Of a stretch of DNA of 19,297 nt, positions 9,618 through 17,387 are shown in pieces. The notes beneath the pieces were generated by a model. That model saw only the letters and a program-made list of their open reading frames with translations. It did not search any database and was not told where the DNA came from. Source of the stretch: an uncultured bacterium (GTDB taxonomy: Bacteria; T1Sed10-126); NCBI GenBank assembly GCA_964566495.1, contig CAZMIT010000024.1, positions 1 through 19,297 on the forward strand, written 5' to 3'. Each line of letters opens with the position of its first letter. The first letter of the stretch is position 1. The position numbers were made by a program, and so were the translations under genes.

Positions 9618-9750
9618 GGGATGGGGGGATGGGGAGATGGGGCGAGTGGGCGAAAGGGCGGGGAAGCGAGCAGGCGAGCAGGCGAAATTAATTGATGAGC
9701 AAAGGCGAGAAGGCTCTGGGCACGCAGATCAACTCAGATTTTCGCAGATG
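9618..9750. repeat. Purine-rich short tandem repeats (8-mers GGGGATGG/GGCGAGYR, then CAGAT-based units)
   Basis: GGGGAGATGGGGCGAGTGGGCGAAAGGGCGGGGAAGCGAGCAGGCGAGCAGGCGAAA and CACGCAGATCAACTCAGATTTTCGCAGAT. Confidence 0.65.
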
Positions 9751-9799
9751 AAGTTAAGGTCACAGCAAATGTGAAAAGAATCAGGATATCGGATTTATT

Positions 9800-10255
9800 A
9801 TTTCGGGTGGCTAAATTGAGCCGAAATGCTTAAGTTTTAGGCAACAAAAACCGATCGGTAAAATTAAGGCGAATGTAGGAAGTTGGTAGCTATTAGGCAA
9901 TAGCTTGCTGGATATCGGAATCCGAAGTGAGGTGGCTACAGAATTTAAAACCTGCTGGTGCAAACAAAAGACGAAATGCTGGGACGATAAGCTGGTTAAT
10001 CTGTTGAGGAGCAGAAGACGAAGTATTGAGAGAGAGTCGACTGTACATCACAGGAGCCATAAATCGAATTATTAAGTCTGGCCAAAAAATATGGGATAGA
10101 AGAAATGGTGGCGAAGCTCGGCAAAGTAAAAACTTTATTTGTTGGTAAAAATGATGAGGCGAAAGCCTAAAAGTATTAGTAATTTAAACCAGTGCTTGTA
10201 GAATCAGGAACGTGAACCAGAATATTTTTGTTGGGGGGAAGTAGAGGCGAATTGT
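9800..10255 (+). repeat. Non-coding degenerate array, ~48-nt period, CGAA core with variable intervening sequence
   Basis: CGAA at 9822, 9870, 9923, 9972, 10019, 10065, 10112, 10160 and 10248 (spacings 48, 53, 49, 47, 46, 47, 48, 88). A TGYTGG-like motif lies 17-20 nt upstream of CGAA at 9906, 9953, 10002, 10140 and 10229. No ORF of 60 aa or more in the track. Confidence 0.7.
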
Positions 10256-10282
10256 AAGAGTTATAGTTTGGGGAATATTCTC

Positions 10283-10320
10283 TTCAAAATTTTTCGCAAA
10301 GCCTTGCTCAAAATTTTGAA
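10283..10320. other. Long stem-loop just after the array
   Basis: TTCAAAATTTT (10283-10293) pairs with AAAATTTTGAA (10310-10320); inner GCAA/TTGC stem. Confidence 0.55.
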
Positions 10321-10332
10321 AAAAAGGGATAA

Positions 10333-10568
10333 AAAATTCCAAATAACAGAGCGAACAGGTTAAGAATCCGCCGGGGAAAGTGGCTGGATTTGCCTCTGCC
10401 GATAAACGAATTTAAACAAAAATTCGAACGTGACCTCAGGTGGCACGGCTTAACGGGGGCGGCGATGTAAAGCAGTTAGTGGATATTATCGGCAACCTGG
10501 TGTCGGTGATCGGCATTACGGATGATATTGAGTTTAATGAGGGGAAAACAGAAAACGAAGTTGAATAG
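10333..10568 (+). pseudogene. Possible 3' remnant of a gene (no start codon, one frameshift)
   Basis: Reads ...RLRIRRGKWLDLPLPINEFKQKFERDLRWHGL, then after a shift in the G-run at ~10455, GDVKQLVDIIGNLVSVIGITDDIEFNEGKTENEVE*. Protein-like, but no family recognised. Confidence 0.3.
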
Positions 10569-10660
10569 TTATAAAGTTATCAAAAACTGCCTGCTAACTC
10601 TATTAAAAACGTATTTAACATAAATAACCGCCGGTTTTTTTATTTCATTGTGATATGTAG

Positions 10661-10828
10661 TTACTCTATATCCCTGATACGCGGACGGTCGGACTCGGTG
10701 ATGTGTTTGCCGTGTTCGGCTAACTCCAGTGGCGTCAGCGGCCAGTGAACAGTCTCTCCACACGGACACTTTTGATATCCCTGGTTGCCCAAGGGTTTTG
10801 TTTTCTGTTTTTCATCATTCTTGTCCAT
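10661..10828 (-). CDS. Cys/His microprotein (55 aa), putative zinc-binding; paralog of 15757-15945; not in the ORF track
   Basis: MDKNDEKQKTKPLGNQGYQKCPCGETVHWPLTPLELAEHGKHITESDRPRIRDIE*. AAGGAG RBS upstream (GTG at 10831 is an alternative start). 31/38 aa identical to the paralog over the core, with many synonymous differences. Confidence 0.8.
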   Translation of the reverse strand: MDKNDEKQKTKPLGNQGYQKCPCGETVHWPLTPLELAEHGKHITESDRPRIRDIE

Positions 10829-11213
10829 CACTCTCATCACTCCTTTGGTGGTGTTGGTGATAAAGTTTTTTGATTTTGTCGGAAACTCTCTCGAGAGTCG
10901 GACGCCCTATTTTATCAAGAAGTATCTCAAGTGCTTTTTTTTCGTCGGGAAATATGTGTTTTTCGCCGTTGTGAATGATGATGATTTTGTCAAAAATCTC
11001 CCACGGATAGCCGACTGTCATTGAATTATCAATTGAGAGGCTCTGGTGGATATGGATGCCGTGAGTGCTTCCTTTGATGGTGAAAAAGTTTGAAAAAACA
11101 CTTGGAATGCAGGAATTCACGGCTTCTTCAACTCCGCCTGCTGGAACCCAAATCCGTTTCCGATCGAAATCAATTTTTATATCAAACTCCCGTATTTCCA
11201 ATTTCATGATCAT
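10815..11213 (-). CDS. Hypothetical protein, 132 aa
   Basis: TGATG-coupled to the MNT gene. No HEPN R-x4-H motif seen. Confidence 0.7.
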   Translation of the reverse strand: MIMKLEIREFDIKIDFDRKRIWVPAGGVEEAVNSCIPSVFSNFFTIKGSTHGIHIHQSLSIDNSMTVGYPWEIFDKIIIIHNGEKHIFPDEKKALEILLDKIGRPTLERVSDKIKKLYHQHHQRSDESDGQE

Positions 11214-11617
11214 CAGTCCTTTCTTCTAAATTTAGGAACCAACTGAATACCTTTACGTTCGATTTTTTCTTTTAATCTCTCCGGGGCATTGCCGTTCAAA
11301 TCAACGAGTTGAACATCAAATTCGTGTTTAAAGGTAGTTTTGTTTAAATCGCCGTAAGCTTTAAAATGCTCGACGCCGGGGATCCCTTCGTATGCAAGAT
11401 CGATATCGCTTTCTGAATGAAGTTTTTTGTTTTCGTTGGCGATTGAACCAAACAATACTACCCGTGTAGCTCCATACTTGTATTTTAAAAGTTGAGCGTA
11501 TCCTTCCGCCAGGTGCCGTCCCCGACGCCGGCGGTTATCGTCGCTCTGTCCTAATAACCGGAGCTGGCGAGCGTCCTCACGGCGGTATTGAGCGTGGATT
11601 TCTTCAAGAGTCGGCAT
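11213..11617 (-). CDS. Minimal nucleotidyltransferase (MNT, Pol beta superfamily)
   Basis: VVLFGSIA...SDIDLA motif, later VQLVD, C-terminal IERKGIQL; size 134 aa. Confidence 0.85.
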   Translation of the reverse strand: MPTLEEIHAQYRREDARQLRLLGQSDDNRRRRGRHLAEGYAQLLKYKYGATRVVLFGSIANENKKLHSESDIDLAYEGIPGVEHFKAYGDLNKTTFKHEFDVQLVDLNGNAPERLKEKIERKGIQLVPKFRRKD

Positions 11618-12151
11618 TTATATCACCTCTACAAAGGGTTCTTCCCCGTTGAAACAGCAGACATTGATGTATTTGGTCTGGGCTGTGTGCTTAAAGATGC
11701 CCCGTTCGGAATGAACGTGTCCGCATATAAACAGATCGGGCTGTTGGATTGCCAGCCCCGCTCTAACGCTGATATCGCCGTTTGGGGATAGGTCGTCCGG
11801 CGGGGCGTGTGCTAACACCACGTCTGCGTTCGGATCCTCGCCGGGGAGCGAGAAAATGTGGTCTTTGATTGTGGTGGTTGTTTTGGGCGGAAAACCCTTC
11901 TCCCGCAGCAGTGTAATTCGGTGCGGATGTATTTCTCCTAGCCGGCGGTCTTTAATATTGGTCCATTCATGGTTGCCGAGAAGCAGTATCTTGTGAGGTT
12001 GCGGGGCTTTTTCAAACCACATTAGAAAGTCGTCGAACCCTTTCCCGAAGTTTGTAAAATCTCCGCAGTGGACGATTACGTCTCCCGTTTTCGGAAGGTC
12101 TACCTGGCGGTGGTTGTTGTGGGTGTCGGATAGAGCGACTATTTTAAGCAT
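11618..12151 (-). CDS. Calcineurin-like metallophosphoesterase (MPPED/239FB-like), paralog 3
   Basis: SDTH, HCGDFT, GNHE, HAPP, GHVH motifs. Confidence 0.9.
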   Translation of the reverse strand: MLKIVALSDTHNNHRQVDLPKTGDVIVHCGDFTNFGKGFDDFLMWFEKAPQPHKILLLGNHEWTNIKDRRLGEIHPHRITLLREKGFPPKTTTTIKDHIFSLPGEDPNADVVLAHAPPDDLSPNGDISVRAGLAIQQPDLFICGHVHSERGIFKHTAQTKYINVCCFNGEEPFVEVI

Positions 12152-12688
12152 TTATATCGTCTCCACAAACGGTTTTTCGCCGAAATAACAGCTGGCGTTG
12201 ATGTATTTCGTGCCGGCTTTTATTTGCGTTCCCCGCTGTTCGTGCCAGTGTCCGGTGATAAAAAGTTTCGGTGGCGGATCGTGTTTGGACATCTCGTATT
12301 TTAGTTGGTGCGCTATCTGTCCGGCGGCACCGAAAATGCCTTCGGGCGGATAATGAAAAAGGACAACGTCTGCCTGTCTGTTCATCGCCGGAAGTGAGAA
12401 AACCACACCGTTTATTTCAATCTCATAGCGTCCGTGTTGTGGTTCGAGCAGAATCAGGTCGTTTCGTTTTCCCAAATGTTTCAAACGAAGATCGGACATG
12501 TGTGTTTCATGGTTTCCCACAAGAAGTATCTTGTGCGGTTGTGGTTGAGCGGTGAACCATTCTATAAAATATTCGTCTCCTTTCCCAAAAGCGGTAAAGT
12601 CTCCGGTGTGAACCAATACATCGCCGTCTTCGGGAAGATTGAGTTTGTCATGGTTTCCGTGTGTGTCGGATATAGCGACTAGTTTCAT
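12152..12688 (-). CDS. Calcineurin-like metallophosphoesterase (MPPED/239FB-like), paralog 2
   Basis: SDTH, HTGDFT, GNHE, HYPP, GHWH motifs. Tandem paralog of 11618-12151 (QPHKILL, TKYIN..C.F...PFVE.I). Confidence 0.9.
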   Translation of the reverse strand: MKLVAISDTHGNHDKLNLPEDGDVLVHTGDFTAFGKGDEYFIEWFTAQPQPHKILLVGNHETHMSDLRLKHLGKRNDLILLEPQHGRYEIEINGVVFSLPAMNRQADVVLFHYPPEGIFGAAGQIAHQLKYEMSKHDPPPKLFITGHWHEQRGTQIKAGTKYINASCYFGEKPFVETI

Positions 12689-12714
12689 TCTGGATTCCCC
12701 CCGGTCGGATCTGT

Positions 12715-12981
12715 TTATTCTAACTCCAGGTTGTTCAAGGATTCTTTCAAAAGTTCCAGCGACGAACGCCGGCGGTTAAATCCGTCCACCCTGCACTTGC
12801 CGCCGACCACTTCTCCGTCTAAATTTCTACTCCTGAACGCTGCCTGGTAGTTGCGTTGGAATGTCATATCGCGCTGATCCATAGTCATTGATTCTGTGTC
12901 CTGAAAAATAACTCCCTCCGCCAGTATCTTTCGACCCATCTCGCTTCCGCCAGGACAAAGCTCTACTGTTACCCGCAGCAT
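12715..12981 (-). CDS. Hypothetical protein, 88 aa
   Basis: Strong AAGGAGG RBS before the ATG. The MLRVTVEL.PGG N-terminus recalls small phage-type hypothetical proteins (from memory, unverified). Confidence 0.75.
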   Translation of the reverse strand: MLRVTVELCPGGSEMGRKILAEGVIFQDTESMTMDQRDMTFQRNYQAAFRSRNLDGEVVGGKCRVDGFNRRRSSLELLKESLNNLELE

Positions 12982-13234
12982 AAATTAGCCTCCTTCGTTA
13001 ATTTGATAGTTCTCGATCAAAAACTCTTCTTTTTTCCATTTCTGCCTGGTTTCGGCAGTTGCTTGTATTCAAAACGTTCTTTCATTTCAGTGCAAATTCC
13101 TGCACTTCTTGATTTCCCCTTCCTGACCGGTCATTCTTCTCACCGTTGTTTGTTTTTTTTGTTCTGATTTTTCGTGGTTTTGCGTCCTTGCTATTGAACT
13201 TGAATGAAGCAATAATGCTATTTGCTATTACTAC

Positions 13235-14107
13235 TCAAAATGCATAGCTAAGAGTTGTTATAAATTCATAGCGATTCGTGCGCGAGACCGCCATCCGCAC
13301 GTTCTTCGTTTGAAAACCAAGTTCGACCCCGCCCAGCAGACGCCACTTCTGGTCGGGATCGTCCTCCAGCCATTTCTTCCCCGTCTCATTTGACTCTACC
13401 AGCGTGGCTTCAGTATGCGTTGATATCCCCCAGAGGATCCCACCAAAAAAGGTGTTGTCGGGAGTAAACGTGATTCCCGTGTGTCCGACCGCTCCAAACT
13501 CACCGTGGTGGACATGGTCTTTGTATTCGTCCACAACCGTGTAATCCTGGTGCGGGATAGCAGCGTCCTCGTAATTACTCGGACGAGTTCGATTGTCAAT
13601 AAAATATAGACTAACCCCTTTGTAAAGTTCACCCGATGTTCCCGGCTTCGGAAATTCATACGCACCAAGCGAAACTATGCCGTCGGTTCCTTCACGCCCG
13701 TATCCAACAAACATGTAGTCTATTTCATCCAGGCGTCCTTCATCTTCAGAAGGCTCTTCCCGGTGGCGCTGGCGGTCTCGCCAGTCGCCCGTCTCATATT
13801 CATCTTCTTGCTTTAATTCATACTTCCGCCGGTATTCCAGGTAACGACGATAATCGCCGGCTTCGAGGTCGCTATCTTTAGGGCCAAAATCATCATAAAA
13901 GCGCCGAAAGGCCACTTCTTCGTCCTCATACATCTTGCGGTATTCCAAATAGCGCCGATAGTCCTCAGCCTCTATATCAGGCTCCGCCGGACCAAAAGAG
14001 CCTGTGGTCGCGGGCGTAACTGTAGCGATCACTAAAAATATCATCCCGGCGGTTATACACAGAGACCTTGAATTTGAAGAAAAGGCCGATAGTAAGCTAA
14101 ATCTCAT
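13235..14107 (-). CDS. Exported protein, probable outer-membrane beta-barrel with a duplicated N-terminal motif
   Basis: GGGAGG RBS and a signal-like hydrophobic N-terminus. Repeat GPAEPDIEAEDYRRYLEYRKMYE / GPKDSDLEAGDYRRYLEYRRKYE. Amphipathic beta-strands and a terminal ITTLSYAF. Confidence 0.65.
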   Translation of the reverse strand: MRFSLLSAFSSNSRSLCITAGMIFLVIATVTPATTGSFGPAEPDIEAEDYRRYLEYRKMYEDEEVAFRRFYDDFGPKDSDLEAGDYRRYLEYRRKYELKQEDEYETGDWRDRQRHREEPSEDEGRLDEIDYMFVGYGREGTDGIVSLGAYEFPKPGTSGELYKGVSLYFIDNRTRPSNYEDAAIPHQDYTVVDEYKDHVHHGEFGAVGHTGITFTPDNTFFGGILWGISTHTEATLVESNETGKKWLEDDPDQKWRLLGGVELGFQTKNVRMAVSRTNRYEFITTLSYAF

Positions 14108-14156
14108 GTTTTTACTACCTCCCGTAACGATAAGTTGATTGAAATTCCAGAATTAA

Positions 14157-15638
14157 TCACTCCAGACAAAAACCCACCTGTGACTCATCAGCCGACTCAA
14201 ACAGTCGGTCGATAAAGCCGGGAGTAACTTTTAGTAGTTTGCCTTCTTTTTCTGAGCGGGTGACCGCTTTACGACAGATAGTCGTGATGTTTTTCTTTAA
14301 CTGACGCAGACCTCTGCTGGGGCCGGAAACTTCTGCAATACGACGGATTGCCTCTTCGTCCAACTCCATATCTGCCTCCCGAAGTCCGGTCTTCTGCTCC
14401 ACTTCCGGCAGGATGTAATCACGGGCTATTTCAAATTTTTCTGCCTCGCTGTATCCTTCAAATTCAACAAATTCCAACCGGTCTTTCAGTGGAGCAATAA
14501 TGGGGTCACGACTGTTGGCGGTTGCAATGAACAACACCTGAGAGAGATCAAGCTCTAAATCCAGGTAATTGTCCTCAAAATTCTCTGCCTGGTCAGGGTC
14601 GAGAATTTCGAGTAGCGCCGAGGCCGGATCGCCCATATTGCCTTGATGTCCACTTTTAACCTTGTCAATTTCATCCAATAAAAATACCGGGTCCTTCCGC
14701 CCTGCTCTCTGAAGTCGATCAGCAATAACTCCCGGCGAAGCGTTATTCCAGTGCGAGTCAGTTCCAGTCAATTTTGTCGCGTCAGTAAAACCCGCCAGTG
14801 AGAATTTTACAAATGGCCTATCAAGAGCTTCGGCGATACAACTGCTGATAAAGGTCTTCCCGGTGCCTGGCGGCCCGACAAGACAAAGACGGTTGCCGTT
14901 TGCGCGCCCGCGCCGATTTTGAACGGCCACTTCTTCAACAAGCCGCTCTTTTACCTCCTCAAGTCCGTAAATTTCTTTGTCCAATTTCTGTTTGACTTCC
15001 TGAAGATTGTATTCTTGCTTCGGCGGCTCGGACCAGGGCAGATTTAACACGGCCCGGCAATAGCGAGCTGCCTTACGGTCATTTTCTTCATCAATTTTCT
15101 GAAGACTGCGGGCCTTGATTTCATCTGGAATATCAGGATCTACTTTCAACCGTCGGCGCCTGGCCTCATCGGAAGAGGCTGACCCAATCATTTGCTCCAG
15201 CTCAGCCGGGATGAATTCTTTCGTCCCCGAGTGGATATTGAGCAAATACGTCACTTCATTCTTGAGCTGCTTGATCTCTTTTACCTTAGTTGATTTTTTC
15301 ATTTCATTTCTGCTATTCGGTTGGGGACTTACCTCCGGACTCTCAAGCTGAATTTTTCCTTCAATCAAAAGCAGAACAAACTTAAGCAACTCTTCGGCAT
15401 CAAAACTGAGAGAATAGCCAGTGTACTTTTTTTTGGCCGGGGTATTAGACACTTGCCCCAAAAGCCAGCGAGCACAGAAAAAATAGAACTCGTCCGGCGC
15501 AAATTCGCGAAAATCAATTGGGGCTCGACGGTCGCTCTCCTCGTCCATATCGCTGTTCATTGAGTCTATAAGTTCATTCACACGACTGATGCTACCGACA
15601 AATTCGGTCACGCAACGCTCAGGTGTCATCGTTTCCAT
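14157..15638 (-). CDS. Lon-type AAA+ ATPase lacking the protease domain (493 aa)
   Basis: LNLPW, YGLEEVKERL, Walker A GPPGTGKT, Walker B FLLDEIDK, GDPASALLEILDP, ATANS, LKDRLE, GLRQL. The ORF ends right after the AAA+ lid (SQVGFCLE*). AGGAGG RBS. Confidence 0.85.
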   Translation of the reverse strand: METMTPERCVTEFVGSISRVNELIDSMNSDMDEESDRRAPIDFREFAPDEFYFFCARWLLGQVSNTPAKKKYTGYSLSFDAEELLKFVLLLIEGKIQLESPEVSPQPNSRNEMKKSTKVKEIKQLKNEVTYLLNIHSGTKEFIPAELEQMIGSASSDEARRRRLKVDPDIPDEIKARSLQKIDEENDRKAARYCRAVLNLPWSEPPKQEYNLQEVKQKLDKEIYGLEEVKERLVEEVAVQNRRGRANGNRLCLVGPPGTGKTFISSCIAEALDRPFVKFSLAGFTDATKLTGTDSHWNNASPGVIADRLQRAGRKDPVFLLDEIDKVKSGHQGNMGDPASALLEILDPDQAENFEDNYLDLELDLSQVLFIATANSRDPIIAPLKDRLEFVEFEGYSEAEKFEIARDYILPEVEQKTGLREADMELDEEAIRRIAEVSGPSRGLRQLKKNITTICRKAVTRSEKEGKLLKVTPGFIDRLFESADESQVGFCLE

Positions 15639-15756
15639 CGTGATCGCCTCCTGCTCTTAATTTCAGTTCTTCAGAGTCTGGGTCTTCAGTGGATTAATAA
15701 ATTCAGTTTCTTGTAAGTTCAAATATAACGACTTCATTTTTTTGAGTGGAATGTGT

Positions 15757-15945
15757 TCACCAGTATGCTCGATGGCCAATCCGCTCCCGATCAGATTCTC
15801 GAATATGTTTACCGTGTTCAGCCAACTCCAGAGGCGTCATCGGCCAGTGAACAGACTCCCCGCATGGACACTGCTGAAAGCCCTGGTGGCCGGGCAGATC
15901 TTCCAGCTCCTGTGAATCATTGTTGGCTTGTTTTTCTCCGCTCAC
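15757..15945 (-). CDS. Cys/His microprotein (about 62 aa), putative zinc-binding; paralog of 10661-10828
   Basis: AAGGAGG RBS 8 nt before the GTG at 15945. Core QCPCGESVHWPMTPLELAEHGKHI. Confidence 0.8.
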   Translation of the reverse strand: MSGEKQANNDSQELEDLPGHQGFQQCPCGESVHWPMTPLELAEHGKHIRESDRERIGHRAYW

Positions 15946-16048
15946 GTCCATCACCTCCTTTGTGTTTTGAAAATTACAGAACTATCAGCGGTTTGTAATT
16001 CTGTTAATAGCCACCCAGACAGGGGAGTAGAACTTTCTTCAGGCTAAT

Positions 16049-16618
16049 TTAAAGCTCAATTACCACCGGCATGGTATCGCCTGAACCCATCTGGGAAACA
16101 TTTATATACTTAATCCCATCTACTTCTTTCATGCCAAACGAGCGGTGTGCGTGTCCGAAGATATGAATATCGGGCTGGATCTCTTGAACTTGATCAAGTA
16201 TTTCCTGATAACCGCAATGGCTTATTCGGCGTTGTATAACGCGTGTTCCATAGGCAAGGACGGTGCCTTTGTCCAGAATATTCTTGGGCGGACAATGAGA
16301 AACAACTACGTCTGCTGTAGAAACTGCACCAGGCAAACAAAATTTTATTCCTTCAATAGTTACGGACGTTTGCCCAACATCACTCTCAAGTAAAGTTATT
16401 CCGCCGGGAAGTTTTTTGACCCCTAATTCTTTATTCTCTTCGTGGTTGCCGAATAGCAGAATTTTGTGTAGATGTGGTTGTTTGGTGAACCAGGGATAAA
16501 ATAGATCGAACTCATCTCGGTCGTCTGAAAAATCGCCGATGTGCAGCAGAATGTCTCCGCCGGGTAGAGTAAGTTCGTTGTGCTTGCCGTGCGTATCACC
16601 TATAGCTATCAGTTTCAT
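16049..16618 (-). CDS. Calcineurin-like metallophosphoesterase (MPPED/239FB-like), paralog 1 (189 aa)
   Basis: Likely start MKLIAIGDTH at 16618 with a GAGGTG RBS. HIGDFS, GNHE, SHCPP, GHAH motifs. Confidence 0.9.
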   Translation of the reverse strand: MKLIAIGDTHGKHNELTLPGGDILLHIGDFSDDRDEFDLFYPWFTKQPHLHKILLFGNHEENKELGVKKLPGGITLLESDVGQTSVTIEGIKFCLPGAVSTADVVVSHCPPKNILDKGTVLAYGTRVIQRRISHCGYQEILDQVQEIQPDIHIFGHAHRSFGMKEVDGIKYINVSQMGSGDTMPVVIEL

Positions 16619-17387
16619 TTGGCTGCACCTCGATATTTTTAAATGCTCTGTATTCTGTCCCCGCCTGAGCGCACGCAATAAATCGGGCCTTAGCGTCTCT
16701 GTAGTCGGCTTCAAATGCCCGGTGGATGTGTCCGGCAACATGGTAGGTTGGCTCGATAAGTTCGGCGAGATCGCCGATGACGCCGATACCGTAGCCGTTG
16801 CTGTAATACCACCCCGGCGCTTCCTCAAGGACGTCCGGCGTCGGCCAGCAGTGCGTCATCAGGATATCTACGTCTCTGCCGGTCGCCTCTTCGAGAAGAG
16901 CTTCAACCTCGTCTTCTCTGAAGTGGGCGGTGCGTCTGTTCTTGAACCAGTCTTTGCCAAGCGCCCATCGCAAGCGGTCGCTGGAAGGAGTGTCGTAGCT
17001 TTTTTCACCATATACACCCGACAGTCCGGCAATGGTTAAACCGTTGATATCCCTGACGCCGTAGCGTCCGAAGTAATACAGGTTATCTATTAGCTCCGGA
17101 TCGTTGCCGTGGCGCTGGTTGTGTTGATAAAGTAGTGACCAGGGTTCATGGTTTCCCCCGATGAACCAGGTCTCGATCGGTAGCGTCTTTTTGCTCGCCC
17201 AGTAGTCCGGGAACTGGCGAACTTTATTGTAGCGGTCGGGACCGGTGAGTTCTTTGAGATCATCTTCGCCCCGCACCGGTTCAAGATCGCCGACCTGCAG
17301 GCACAAATCGCAGTCGGGGTTGTTTCTCTGCGCTTCTTCTAGCAGATCAAAGCGTCCGTGGATGTCCCCGGCAATAAGGATTTTCAT
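16596..17387 (-). CDS. Dbr1 (RNA lariat debranching enzyme)-like metallophosphoesterase, 263 aa
   Basis: GDIHG, GDLEPVRGEDDL...P.RY....F..YW...K..PI.T.FIGGNHE, NLYYFG..GV....GL.IAGLSGVY, HFRE.EV, DILMTHCWP, GHIH. These are collinear with eukaryotic Dbr1 N-terminal motifs as I recall them. Confidence 0.8.
   Translation of the reverse strand: MKILIAGDIHGRFDLLEEAQRNNPDCDLCLQVGDLEPVRGEDDLKELTGPDRYNKVRQFPDYWASKKTLPIETWFIGGNHEPWSLLYQHNQRHGNDPELIDNLYYFGRYGVRDINGLTIAGLSGVYGEKSYDTPSSDRLRWALGKDWFKNRRTAHFREDEVEALLEEATGRDVDILMTHCWPTPDVLEEAPGWYYSNGYGIGVIGDLAELIEPTYHVAGHIHRAFEADYRDAKARFIACAQAGTEYRAFKNIEVQPNETDSYR

Noticed and set aside
9800..10255. CRISPR or TIGR array
   Set aside because: There is no conserved 23-47 bp repeat, no fixed 36-nt dual-repeat unit and no recognisable cas or Nop-domain gene in the window.
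12990..13145. Tiny ORFs between the OMP-like gene and the 88-aa gene
   Set aside because: They are under 25 codons, with no convincing RBS or motif.
16619..16828. 70-aa N-terminal extension of the MPE
   Set aside because: It lies inside the Dbr1-like gene. The RBS and motif I support a start at 16618.
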